Assembly: GCA_963675845.1 (NCBI GenBank)
Contig: OY776634.1
Location: forward strand, 1,431,605-1,495,604
Reading direction: 5' to 3'
DNA length: 64,000 nt
Origin: an uncultured Saccharofermentans sp.
Lineage (GTDB): Bacteria; Bacillota; Clostridia; Saccharofermentanales; UBA5734
Of the stretch, positions 42,900-52,792 are shown piece after piece. How positions within the stretch are numbered: position 1 is the stretch's first letter; each line of letters begins with the position of its first letter. A model generated the notes under the pieces. The model was not told where the DNA came from. It did no database searches and saw nothing but the letters and a program-made list of their open reading frames with translations. A program made the position numbers and the translations under genes.

Positions 42900-43742
42900 A
42901 TGGCAGACAATGATGACAACAAAATCGAAAACAACCGTGATCGGCTGACCCGGGCCAAGCGCGTCGTGATCAAGGTCGGAACATCGACCCTGACGCATGA
43001 CAATGGCCGCTTCAATTTAAACAACATGGAACATCTAATCCGTTCGATCGCCAACCAGATGAACCACGGCCGCGAAGTCATCCTGGTCTCTTCCGGTGCC
43101 ATCGGCGTCGGCGTCGGCCGCCTCCAACTCAAGGAAAAACCAGTCAGCATCCGCGACAAACAGGCTGTGGCTGCCGTCGGCCAGTGCGAGCTGATGAACA
43201 TGTACAGCCGCCTGATGTCGGATTACAACTACGCGGTTGCCCAGATTCTCCTGACCCGGGATGACATGGAAGATGATCATACCCGCGGCAACATCCAGAA
43301 TACCTTCCAGGCCCTCATCGAGCGCGAGATCCTGCCGATTGTCAACGAAAACGACACAGTCTCCACCCGTGAGATCTTCTATAACGGCACCTTCGGCGAT
43401 AATGACGCGCTGTCCGCTCTCGTGGCCAAGCTGGTCGGAGCCGACCTTTTGATCATCCTCTCGGATATTGATGGCCTCTATGACTGCGACCCGCGGCAGT
43501 ATGACAAAGCCTGCCTGATTTCCACTGTCGATGAGATCTCGGAACAGGTGGCGGCACTGGCTGGCGGCGAAGGCTCCAGCCGCGGCACCGGCGGCATGCG
43601 CAGCAAGGTCGAGGCCGCCCGCATCGCGACCGAGGCCGGTTTTGATACGGTCATCGCCAATGGCTTTGCGCAGGGCATCATTGACGCGATCCTCAGAGGT
43701 GAAGAAAAAGGCACCCTATTCAGGGCGCCTTCCAAGTCTTAA
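42900..43742 (+). CDS. proB: glutamate 5-kinase
   Basis: Start at MADNDD after GGAGGCG. RVVIKVGTSTL ... amino-acid kinase fold. There is no obvious PUA domain (~280 aa). Confidence 0.8.
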   Translation: MADNDDNKIENNRDRLTRAKRVVIKVGTSTLTHDNGRFNLNNMEHLIRSIANQMNHGREVILVSSGAIGVGVGRLQLKEKPVSIRDKQAVAAVGQCELMNMYSRLMSDYNYAVAQILLTRDDMEDDHTRGNIQNTFQALIEREILPIVNENDTVSTREIFYNGTFGDNDALSALVAKLVGADLLIILSDIDGLYDCDPRQYDKACLISTVDEISEQVAALAGGEGSSRGTGGMRSKVEAARIATEAGFDTVIANGFAQGIIDAILRGEEKGTLFRAPSKS

Positions 43743-43762
43743 TTCAATTCCCAACCCAACAA

Positions 43763-46069
43763 CTAACCGTCATTATTGCCCTGGCCTTGGCCGGGGTTGT
43801 CCTTTTTCGTCTCAGCTGGCACGGTCTCCAGGGGTTCGGGTGTCGGCGTCGGAGCCAAGTGCAGTGAGCAATCAGTAGACGGGTTCATGATCGACCCGGA
43901 TACAAAGATCTCAGAACGGGTCGTCCCGGCATCGCGGCAGTACTGGGTTGCCTTCTCTCCGGACTCGGTGCAGATGGTGATGCTGGTCACGCCATTGGGC
44001 TTGTCAAACCCAGCGCCATCCAGACCTTCGTGGATTTTGACCATGGCATCCTTCCAGATCTTGATGGCATTGCTGCGGTCATATCGGTAAATTTCGGTCG
44101 AGCCGAATTTGTTGTCGTAGCCGTACCAGACGGACGCTGTATAGTAGGGTGTATAGCCGCAGAACCATTTGTCACGGTTGTTATCGGTGGTGCCGGTCTT
44201 GCCGGCGGTGTAGATGCCGGGCTGGATATAGCCGCCAATGGAAGTTGCTGTACCTGAGGTCACAACGTCATGCATCATGGAGATCATGACGTAGGCGGAT
44301 GCCGGTTTGAGGACTTCGGTGAATTCCGGTGAATAGGACAAAAGGACATTGCCCTCGACATCCAGCACCTCGGTATAGCAGTAAGGGGCGGTGTACAGGC
44401 CGTTGTTGGGGAAGATGGTGTAGGCGCTGGCCATCTCCAGCGTTGACATGCCGTTGGTGAACGCGCCCAGCGCCATCGACAGGTTGCCCTCATCTTCATA
44501 GCGGTCCAGGCCGACCATGTTCAGGTATTGCAGGGCTGTTTCGGTTTTCATTCGGTCAAGAATCTGAACCGCGACCGTATTTACCGAGTTTGTCAGAGCT
44601 GAGCGAATTGTCATGAGACCTTTGTAACCCGAATAGGAGTTCTTGGGACTCCATGTCCCCTGATTCGTTTCAAATGAAATTTCATGGTCATCATAGATCG
44701 TCGCCGGCGTGATATAGCCCGTATCGATACCGGGGCCATAGACAGCCAGCGGCTTGATCGATGATCCTGGCTGGCGGGCGGCGTCTGTTGCCCGGTTGAT
44801 GACCAGGTTGGCGGTCTTTTCACCATAGCCGCCGACCATGCCCTTGACCTGGCCGTGATCCGACCCGTTTGAAATGACGACCATGCTGCCCTGGGGATCT
44901 TCCGGCAGGTCTTCGATGGCCGCTTCATTGGAGACAAAGAGCTCGCGGGTGTTGAAGGTCTCTTCCATCTTGGCCTGGACATCCGGATCCATGGTGGTCT
45001 TGATCGTCAGGCCGTTGTTGTAGATCATGCTGGCGGCTAGGGGTTCGCTGATGCCGCGGTTGGTGACAAGATCATTCTTGACGGTGTCAATGACGTACTC
45101 GACGAAATAGGAGAGGACCTGGGTGCCGGAGTTGACAGCCTTGTCATCGTTGAAGATCAGTTCGGTGTTGAGGGCGTCGGTGTATTCGTCATCCTCGATA
45201 TAACCGAGTTCGTGCATCATGCCGAGAACGATTCTCATGCGGCGCAGTGCGTTTCTGCGGCCGTTTTCGGTCATGGGGTTGTAGATCGAAGGTCCGTTGG
45301 GAACACCGGCCAGGAAAGCGCATTCGGCCAGCGACAATTCACTGGCGTCCTTGCCGAAATAAGCTGTGGCCGCGGACTGGATGCCGACGTAGCTGTTGCC
45401 CATCGGGACCAGGTTGACATACAGTTCCATGATCTCGTCTTTGCTCTTCTGCTTCTCCAGCAAGATGGCCTTGTACCATTCCTGGACCTTGCGCTGGGCG
45501 GAGACGTCGCCTTCACCGGAGATCAGCTTGACAGCCTGCTGGGTGATGGTCGAGCCGCCGTGTGTCGGTGTGCCGCCGTTGGACAGGGCGCTCAGGACTG
45601 CGCTGGCGATACGCTGGATGTCGATGCCGATGTGGTCAAAGAAACGCTCGTCTTCAATAGCCATGAAGGCTTCGTCAATATAGGTATCCTTGACTTCGCT
45701 GAACGAGATATAAACGCGGTTGATGTTGTCACGGCCGGTCAGGACCGCAATCTCGTTGCCGTCCTGGTCGAGGATCTTGGTTGTCTCGTTGGTGCTCTTG
45801 ATCTGGTCGGTGACGACTTCTTCAGCCGTGGTGATATAGCCGACAAGCATGCCGCCGCCCAATCCGGCTAGCGTGAAGCCAGCGATCAGCAGCAGGATGA
45901 TGACAATGACAATCGAACGCTGTACAGCAAGAATAATGGTGCGGGGCAGAGACAGCATGGATGTGCTCCGGGTCGGCTTGCCGCGCAGCCGCTTGTGCAG
46001 GTCTTTCTTGACGAGATTGGCGGATTTCCGCCTCGGTGGAGGCGAGTAGTGATTATTCTTTTTAGCCAC
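43763..46069 (-). CDS. bifunctional class A penicillin-binding protein (transglycosylase + transpeptidase)
   Basis: N-terminal TM, GT51 motifs (EDERFFDH, GGSTITQQ), a transpeptidase SxxK (SSIKP) and KTGT. Length is 768 aa. Confidence 0.85.
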   Translation of the reverse strand: MAKKNNHYSPPPRRKSANLVKKDLHKRLRGKPTRSTSMLSLPRTIILAVQRSIVIVIILLLIAGFTLAGLGGGMLVGYITTAEEVVTDQIKSTNETTKILDQDGNEIAVLTGRDNINRVYISFSEVKDTYIDEAFMAIEDERFFDHIGIDIQRIASAVLSALSNGGTPTHGGSTITQQAVKLISGEGDVSAQRKVQEWYKAILLEKQKSKDEIMELYVNLVPMGNSYVGIQSAATAYFGKDASELSLAECAFLAGVPNGPSIYNPMTENGRRNALRRMRIVLGMMHELGYIEDDEYTDALNTELIFNDDKAVNSGTQVLSYFVEYVIDTVKNDLVTNRGISEPLAASMIYNNGLTIKTTMDPDVQAKMEETFNTRELFVSNEAAIEDLPEDPQGSMVVISNGSDHGQVKGMVGGYGEKTANLVINRATDAARQPGSSIKPLAVYGPGIDTGYITPATIYDDHEISFETNQGTWSPKNSYSGYKGLMTIRSALTNSVNTVAVQILDRMKTETALQYLNMVGLDRYEDEGNLSMALGAFTNGMSTLEMASAYTIFPNNGLYTAPYCYTEVLDVEGNVLLSYSPEFTEVLKPASAYVMISMMHDVVTSGTATSIGGYIQPGIYTAGKTGTTDNNRDKWFCGYTPYYTASVWYGYDNKFGSTEIYRYDRSNAIKIWKDAMVKIHEGLDGAGFDKPNGVTSITICTESGEKATQYCRDAGTTRSEIFVSGSIMNPSTDCSLHLAPTPTPEPLETVPAETKKDNPGQGQGNNDG

Positions 46070-46075
46070 GAGATT

Positions 46076-47014
46076 TTACTCCATAATCATGGTTCTGGGG
46101 TTGAGCGGGTTTCCGTTATATCGGATTTCATAATGCAGATGCGGTGTTGTCGATGAACCCGTATTGCCGACCAGGGCAATGACGTCACCCTTTTCGACAT
46201 ATTGACCAGCCTTGACCAATAGCTTGCTGGCATGCATGTATGTGGTCGTGAATCCGTTGCCATGGCTGATCTTGACGAAGTATCCGGATCCGTTGCCCCA
46301 GCGCGAATCCAGCACATAGCCGCTAGCTGCTGCCCGGATCTTGGTGCCTGTAGACGCACCGACATCGGCAGCGGGATGCATATGGTAATAGCCATAAATA
46401 GGATGGACGCGGTAGCCGTAGCCATCATAAACGCCGGGAATCGGCTTGATCGTCGGCAGATAGTCCAGACGCTTGTCAATGGCCTCACGGTAAGCTGTCA
46501 GGTCGATCAGCTCTGCGTCTTCAGATTTCATGAAACTGTTCAATTTACGCGAAAGAGCCACCAGATTGGCGGCTTCTTCACGGTAAGCGGATACGGTTCT
46601 GCTGGAACGCGAGACTGACTGGTCATACAGGTTGGACATCAGTACGCCGAGAACTTTTTCCTCGATATGATCAAGTTCGCTCTGTTTTTCACCGAGCACT
46701 TCTTCAAGGTTGCTGGTTTTTTCCTGTTCGGCCTGAAGCTGATCCTGCAGGTTGACCTGTTCGATCAGGGCGCAGTGGCTGTTTTCTTCAGCCAGCAGGT
46801 CATCAAAGGCTGTCAGGCTATCGGTGTCATCCAGGGTCGAAGCCGCGGAAGCAGGCTGTGAGTTGCCAAGGAGAAAACCAATAGACCCGGCGCTGACCAG
46901 CACCAGGCTAAGCATGACGACTAGAGCTATTCTGCGGTACTTGGCCAATGTCATCCAGAACTTACTGACATGTCTGACATGTGGTGCCTTGGCGGCAGAA
47001 TGTCTTCTACGCAT
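46076..47014 (-). CDS. M23-family peptidoglycan DD-metalloendopeptidase with N-terminal coiled coil
   Basis: C-terminal HxGxD...HLHYE M23 motifs. The start was taken at MRRRHSAA, not the TTG-initiated extension to 47155. Confidence 0.8.
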   Translation of the reverse strand: MRRRHSAAKAPHVRHVSKFWMTLAKYRRIALVVMLSLVLVSAGSIGFLLGNSQPASAASTLDDTDSLTAFDDLLAEENSHCALIEQVNLQDQLQAEQEKTSNLEEVLGEKQSELDHIEEKVLGVLMSNLYDQSVSRSSRTVSAYREEAANLVALSRKLNSFMKSEDAELIDLTAYREAIDKRLDYLPTIKPIPGVYDGYGYRVHPIYGYYHMHPAADVGASTGTKIRAAASGYVLDSRWGNGSGYFVKISHGNGFTTTYMHASKLLVKAGQYVEKGDVIALVGNTGSSTTPHLHYEIRYNGNPLNPRTMIME

Positions 47015-47195
47015 GAACTCTCCTTTCAATACCGAATAAAATATGCGACTCCTATTATAACTGTAATCAACTTGTAAAGCAAGCTGAGCAGGGTTGCCTT
47101 TCAGGACAACCGGGGGGGACGATAACTGTGTTAGAATATGGCTAATACGAGGCAATCAATATCTCATTTCCCTAAGTGTTAAGGAGTGGCTTTAT

Positions 47196-48623
47196 ATGAC
47201 AGAATCGGGCAGTGACAACAACAAAATCGTCAAGACAGGACAAATTCATGAATTGCAAATTGACAGCGTCAACCAGGACGGCCAGGGCATCGGCAGACTG
47301 GATGGCCTGGCGGTTTTCATCCCGCAAACAATCCCCGGGGATGTCGCCCTGATCCGGCTGGATACCATTAAGCCGAATTACGCGGTTGGCAGCCTGGTTG
47401 AATTGCTCAGGGCATCGGTCGACCGGATCAATCCGGTTTGTCCGATCGCGGATAAATGTGGCGGCTGCAGCCTGCAGGTGATGGCCTATCCGACACAGCT
47501 GATGTACAAGCAGCGTGAGATCACTGAGGTTCTAAGACGTATCGGCAAGGTCGAGGAACCGCAGAAAAAGATGCGACCGATCCTAGGCATGGTCAATCCG
47601 TGGCACTATCGAAGCAAGGCACAATTCCCGGTGTCCGGCACATCGGAAGACCCGCAGATCGGGTTTTATGCCAGCCGTTCACATGATGTGGTGCCATCGA
47701 CGGTTTGCCCGATCCAGCATCAGGCCAGCGACCGAATTAGACAGGTCCTGATCGACCATATCAAAGCTGAGAAGATTGAACCTTATCAGGAAAATACACA
47801 CAGCGGGCTGATTCGCCATCTGGTCGTCCGAGTTGGATTTGCGACAGGCGATGTCATGGTGATTCTGGTGGTCAACGGTGATCACTTCCCCGGCTCTGAA
47901 CATTTCCGGCAAAAAGCCGAGGAAGCTCTGGCAGCACTCAATCATCCGGACAAGAAGCGCTACCGATTGAAGAGCCTTTACCTCAATATTAACAAAGCCC
48001 AAACCAACCAGATCCTGTCTGAAGACTGCAAGCTGGTTTCAGGCCAGTCCTATATTGAGGAAATCATTCTCGGATCTCACTACAGGATTTCGCCGCTGTC
48101 ATTTTTCCAGGTCAATCCCAGACAGACGGAAATCCTTTATTCACAAGTGCTGAACATGGCCGGCCTGGATATCGACAAGACTGCCATCGACCTTTATTGC
48201 GGCACGGGTGCCATTTCCATCATCCTGGCTAGCCGGGCAAAGAAAGTGATCGGCATCGAGTCAGTTGCCCAAGCTGTGGAAGATGCACGCATCAATGCTG
48301 AGATCAACCGGCTGAAAAACACCGAGTTCATCGTCGGAAAAGCCGAAACAGTTCTGCCTAAACTGGTTAAAGAGGGCTTGACCGCCGATGTCGCTGTGAT
48401 TGATCCGCCAAGGAAGGGTTGTGACCCAGCCCTGCTGGAAGCAGTCGTCGAAGCCAAAATCCCCAGGATCGTCTATGTCTCCTGTTATCCGGCGACCTTG
48501 GCACGGGATATCGACTTGCTGCAAAAGCAAAACTACGAGGTCCAATCCATTCAGCCCGTTGATATGTTCCCTTGGACAGGGCATGTGGAGACCGTTGTAT
48601 TGATGTCAAGGGTAAACAAGTAA
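47196..48623 (+). CDS. rlmD: 23S rRNA (uracil-5-)-methyltransferase RlmD/RumA
   Basis: Start at MTESGSD after AAGGAG. TRAM domain, a [4Fe-4S] Cys cluster (CPIADKCGGCSLQ), a SAM-MTase fold (DLYCGTG), and the C-terminus ...GHVETVVLMSRVNK. Confidence 0.85.
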   Translation: MTESGSDNNKIVKTGQIHELQIDSVNQDGQGIGRLDGLAVFIPQTIPGDVALIRLDTIKPNYAVGSLVELLRASVDRINPVCPIADKCGGCSLQVMAYPTQLMYKQREITEVLRRIGKVEEPQKKMRPILGMVNPWHYRSKAQFPVSGTSEDPQIGFYASRSHDVVPSTVCPIQHQASDRIRQVLIDHIKAEKIEPYQENTHSGLIRHLVVRVGFATGDVMVILVVNGDHFPGSEHFRQKAEEALAALNHPDKKRYRLKSLYLNINKAQTNQILSEDCKLVSGQSYIEEIILGSHYRISPLSFFQVNPRQTEILYSQVLNMAGLDIDKTAIDLYCGTGAISIILASRAKKVIGIESVAQAVEDARINAEINRLKNTEFIVGKAETVLPKLVKEGLTADVAVIDPPRKGCDPALLEAVVEAKIPRIVYVSCYPATLARDIDLLQKQNYEVQSIQPVDMFPWTGHVETVVLMSRVNK

Positions 48624-48746
48624 GTGCAGTAAGAAGCCTTGAAATAAAGGCTTTCCGGGGTTTGAACGCAAAAATCGGTTGAGCAAAAATCATCAAAATA
48701 GCGGTTCGTGGAAACAAGTCCAAAGGCATGATTTTGAACGTGACAG

Positions 48747-48824
48747 AGCGATTTAAATAACATGGGTCTGCGTGTGGTCGATTTAGATAACACGGGCTTG
48801 TGGTGGTCAATTTAGATGTTATGG
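48747..48824 (+). repeat. iteron-like direct repeats (GTGGTC.ATTTAGAT family), three ~29-bp units
   Basis: GCGATTTAAATAACATGGGTCTGC / GTGTGGTCGATTTAGATAACACGGGCTTG / TGGTGGTCAATTTAGATGTTATGG, read directly. They are related to repeats at 54260, 54886, 60589 and 62711. Confidence 0.6.
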
Positions 48825-48940
48825 ATTTTACGAGGGTATATGTTCAGGATAGATGAAGTCTATTAAATTGATATCAGAGAAAATGTAGGTTCTGATATGA
48901 GAGTTAGGGTCAATTGGATAATACGTGGGAGGAGACAGTT

Positions 48941-49828
48941 TTGACAGTATTAAACAATCAGTTTGGAAAAAATATTAAATACTTAAGAACTGCCTACGGG
49001 GAAACTCAATTAGACCTTGCGCTGGCTGTTGGGCTGGACTCGCCAAATGCAATTGCTAATTATGAAAAAGGAGAACGGATACCCAAACCGGAAATAAAGA
49101 AAAAGATAGCGTTACATTACCGTATAACGGAAGATGAGCTTGTCCACTCAGATTTTTCCGGAATGCAGGTTTCTTCATCTCAATTAGGAAATAAACAAAA
49201 AATGATTGAGATGACACTACTTATGTGCCCCATCACCTGCACTGATAAAGCGATGAAGGATTCTTTGTTTCAAAAAGGCTATGCAGCCCATATGCGCGCT
49301 CTTGATGCAATGAAGGACGGATTTACATTTGCCGATGCTGATTATGATATGTGTATAGGTGCTTACTCAGATTCTTACGATGAATATGAAACGCCAGAGT
49401 CGTTAGCTAATATTCTTTGGTGGTTTGTAATAACCGAGCTGAGTATGAAAAACCAGTGGATGATTGATGGTGCGGAAGCGTTGAGTGATAAAAGAGTCAG
49501 CAAGAAGGATTTCTTTAAGAACTTCTATCTAAAGGATTGCTCATTTCCAGATGAGGGAAAACTGCTTGGAGAAACTGAACTAAAAGATTTAAAGGAAATG
49601 GGCGAGACGGTCGTTGAATTGTTAAAAGAGCTTAAGAAGAATGCTCAATATTCAAATCTTGCAGATTATTATATAGCTCTTAGATATATTTTGGGGTGTG
49701 TTGATAATGAACTTACAGAAGCAATGAATAAAGCTGTTGGTTCCGAAATGATTTGGGCCTTTGCACAGCTTGGAAATAAATATGCAAAGAAGTTTATTTT
49801 GCTCGGAATTGAAAATTTGCGAAAATAA
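48941..49828 (+). CDS. XRE-family HTH regulator with large helical C-terminal domain (RNPP/Rgg-like architecture?)
   Basis: HTH_XRE (IKYLRTAYGETQLDLALAVGLDSPNAIANYEKGERIP) plus a ~220-aa helical C-terminus. The start was chosen at a TTG 7 nt after GGGAGGAG; the ORF-track start at 48914 is also a TTG. Confidence 0.55.
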   Translation: MTVLNNQFGKNIKYLRTAYGETQLDLALAVGLDSPNAIANYEKGERIPKPEIKKKIALHYRITEDELVHSDFSGMQVSSSQLGNKQKMIEMTLLMCPITCTDKAMKDSLFQKGYAAHMRALDAMKDGFTFADADYDMCIGAYSDSYDEYETPESLANILWWFVITELSMKNQWMIDGAEALSDKRVSKKDFFKNFYLKDCSFPDEGKLLGETELKDLKEMGETVVELLKELKKNAQYSNLADYYIALRYILGCVDNELTEAMNKAVGSEMIWAFAQLGNKYAKKFILLGIENLRK

Positions 49829-49922
49829 ACACTAACCTCACAAAGTGTGAGCGATAAAATCCTCTGAACTAATATAATGAATACATAAGTTATTCAAGTA
49901 TATCGTAAGGAGGATTTTTTAT

Positions 49923-50366
49923 ATGGAAGAGCAGAAGAAAGGTTTTTTAGTCTGGGTTAAGAAACATAGGAAGGAACTTATTATTGCAGGTATCAGTGCA
50001 ACCGCATTGATTGGGATTATTATATGTATGAAGAATCGTGATTCAATTGAAGCCCTTTGGAAATCACTGATTGGGGCAATAGAAAAATCTCCTACCGAGA
50101 CTACGAAAATATCTCAAACGACAATCGAGAAGATTGCACAATCATCCGTCACTGTTACAGATGCCATCAACCCAACCAAAATACCGGTTATCAATTCGGA
50201 AATAACTTATCAAAATTCCTTTGAAGTTAGTGATCATATCAGAAACCTGCATGAAGGATGGCGTGCTTCTGCAACAAAGATCACTGAAGCAGAGTCCATG
50301 GGAATTATACTTCAGGAGGGACAAACATTGGTCGACGCTTATACAAAGGGATCTGTTGCAGCATGA
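49923..50366 (+). CDS. hypothetical single-pass membrane protein (147 aa)
   Basis: Strong RBS (TAAGGAGG). TM helix LIIAGISATALIGIIICM near the N-terminus. Confidence 0.45.
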   Translation: MEEQKKGFLVWVKKHRKELIIAGISATALIGIIICMKNRDSIEALWKSLIGAIEKSPTETTKISQTTIEKIAQSSVTVTDAINPTKIPVINSEITYQNSFEVSDHIRNLHEGWRASATKITEAESMGIILQEGQTLVDAYTKGSVAA

Positions 50367-50424
50367 GTTTGAAAGTCCAGAAGCAATCGTATCTTTTAAG
50401 ACTTAATAAAAGGAGTGTGTAAAA

Positions 50425-50589
50425 AATGCAAATGTGTGGAGAATGCATGAAAGTTTATGATGAATCTGAATATACAAAATGCCCTTTTTGTTACAAAGAG
50501 AAAGATGAATATACGCATGTTATTGTCTATGACAAGGAAGCAGGTATAGCAAAATCAGTACTAAAGGAAGAAGCGCATCTCTATGAGTG
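50425..50589 (+). CDS. small zinc-ribbon protein (54 aa; CxxC-11-CxxC), not in supplied ORF track
   Basis: AAAAGGAGTG RBS, then ATG. MQMCGECMKVYDESEYTKCPFCYKEKDEY... Coordinates are approximate to +/-1 nt. Confidence 0.45.
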
Positions 50590-50689
50590 AACAGCATTTG
50601 ATAATAGCTGGCGCACATTAATGAGATTTGCATATTCCCAAATAGAGCAACCTGTAAAACTAATGGTTAAATGAGGAGGTATAGAAGTA

Positions 50690-50872
50690 ATGGGGGATAG
50701 ATTTCCTGATATTGATTGGTGGTGTGATCGTTGCAACGCATATTTAAATGGCCAGATAGGATTTGATGATCATAAGTATATTTGGGAGTGCACTGAATGT
50801 GGTCATAAAAATAGCATCTCAGCTGCAAATATTTACGAATCCGAAGAAGACTTCAGGAATGGAAACAATTAA
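50690..50872 (+). CDS. small zinc-ribbon protein (60 aa; CxxC-18-CxxC)
   Basis: GAGGAGG RBS. MGDRFPDIDWWCDRCNAYLNGQIGFDDHKYIWECTECGHKN... Confidence 0.5.
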   Translation: MGDRFPDIDWWCDRCNAYLNGQIGFDDHKYIWECTECGHKNSISAANIYESEEDFRNGNN

Positions 50873-50896
50873 CTACTGCTGCATATTCGGAAATAT

Positions 50897-50950
50897 GAGA
50901 AAAAAGCTCCTCGTCGCTAGCAAGAATTAGCAAAGGGAGCTTTTTTTATT
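50897..50950. terminator. bidirectional terminator hairpin (AAAAAGCTCC ... GGAGCTTTTTTT) between convergent genes
   Basis: 10-bp stem flanked by an A-run and a T-run. The loop contains a GCTAGC palindrome. Confidence 0.5.
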
Positions 50951-52469
50951 CTTCAACATCCACCGTCACGCCGGACTTAAATTCCACGGTGAATTTGTCC
51001 TCATAAACGGTGATCTTTTCAATAAGCCTACGGACAAGCGCTTCGTCGTAGTTAGCAATGGCAGTGGGTTGCTCCTGAAGAAAAGCGCTCATGTCGGTGA
51101 TGCGTTTTTGCAGTTCATCCCGGCCGAGGTTCTCGACCTGAGCCTTTTGCTTCTCATCACGTAGGCGATAGATTTCATCGCCGACCTTCTCGTAGTCAGC
51201 CTTTGAGCTGGCGAGCTTCAAGAGCTCTGCTTGAAGTTCTGTAAGCCGTTTATCGATTGCGGTAAGGGTATGACTGTTTTCGTGACAAATAACGGTTTCG
51301 ATGTTTTCTGCAGCGTGATGAGAAAATGATCTTTATCACACAATGCTTGGTTGATGGCCGTGACCATCACTTGCTCTAAAGTGCTCTAGTACCGTTCGGG
51401 CTTCGCAGAAAAGACCAGTGTTTTCTAGGCGGCTGACACACCGCCAAACAACTGATTTCTTGCCTCGGTTGTTCCAGTGAACCCTGCGGAACACCTCGCC
51501 GCAGCCACCACATACAATCATGTTAGAGAAACAGTGGATGCAGCTGAAGGTCCTGTTCTTTCCGTTCGGGCTGGTGTGGACGATGCGGCGTTGGATGAGT
51601 TCCTCCTGCACCTGCATGAATATTTCACGCGGGATGATGGCCTCATGGCTGTTTTCCACATAATACTGTGGGACGACGCCGTGGTTCTTTACTCGAGTCT
51701 TTGTGAGGAAGTCAGTGGTGTATGTTTTCTGTAAAAGGGCATCCCCAATATACTTTTCATTTCGTAGGATATGATTGATATTGCTGGTATGCCATTTTTC
51801 ATTTCCGGCACCATTTAGAATGCCATCGGCTTCAAGGCCGCGCTTGATTTTCAGCATACTGGCACCTTTGAGGTACTCCCGGTAGATGCGCTTTATTATT
51901 TCTGCTTCTTCGGGGACAACGATCAGGCGCTTATTCTCATCCTTTGTAAACCCGAGGTAACGGTTGCAGTTGACCTGGATTTCGCCCTGCTGGTAGCGGT
52001 ACTGAAGCCCCAGCTTCACGTTCTGGCTGAGGGACTGGCTTTCCTGTTGTGCAAGAGAAGCCATAATGGTGAGCATGAACTCGCCCTTGGAATCCATGGT
52101 GTTGATGTTCTCCTTCTCAAAAATGACTGGAATATTCTTATCCTTCAGCTGGCGGATGTATTTCAGGCAATCCAGCGTATTCCGGGCAAATCGGCTGATC
52201 GATTTTGTAATGACCATGTCAATAGTGCCGGCAATACACTCGTCAATCATGCGATTGAACTCTTCGCGGTGCTTGGTGTTCGTCCCGGATATGCCATCGT
52301 CCGCAAAAATTCCCGCTAGCTCCCAGCTTAAATTGCTCTTGATGTAGGAAGTGTAATGCTCGATCTGCGCTTCATAGCTGGTGGCCTGTTCGTCGCTGTC
52401 CGTCGAAATGCGGCAGTAGGTAGCCACCCGTAGCTTGGGCTGTTCCTCGTCTGGATTTTTGTTTGCCAT
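50946..52469 (-). pseudogene. large serine recombinase (resolvase domain + recombinase domain + zinc ribbon + coiled coil), interrupted by two compensating indels
   Basis: ORF 51336..52469 carries the catalytic [22 protein letters not shown] and zinc-ribbon Cys residues. ORF 50946..51221 continues the C-terminal coiled coil. Between them the true frame ([26 protein letters not shown]) is displaced by an apparent 2-nt loss in GAGAG and a 1-nt loss in an A5 run. Confidence 0.75.
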
Positions 52470-52792
52470 AACCTGTCCGTTTTAATTTACCAGTTATATT
52501 TTATCACGAGTAACCCAACGGCCGTTTTTAGGGTAGAAAGTTGGTTAAGATTTAGCACCCCTACCCCTAAAAGCATAAAAAAATCTCAGTTTTAGCACAA
52601 ATCTTTGAAATTCTTGGAATTTTTTGCTGACCTTCACCTTTTAGCCTGACTAGGCGAATAGTCGATTTCTCGGTGATTGAACATCCCCCGAAAACTCCTC
52701 ATTTATCTATATCGTTGAAAGATTTCATCTATCTCCATCATTACGTTTCTATCTCCATCAAAATATGGTAAAATGATGGAGAAAGATAGTTG

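Noticed and set aside
46076-47155. Full-length 359-aa version of the M23 peptidase ORF, and 47094..48623 for rlmD
   Set aside because: The upstream extensions start at TTG without an RBS. Internal ATGs (MRRRHSA; MTESGSD) have good RBSs and give typical protein lengths, so shorter coordinates were used.
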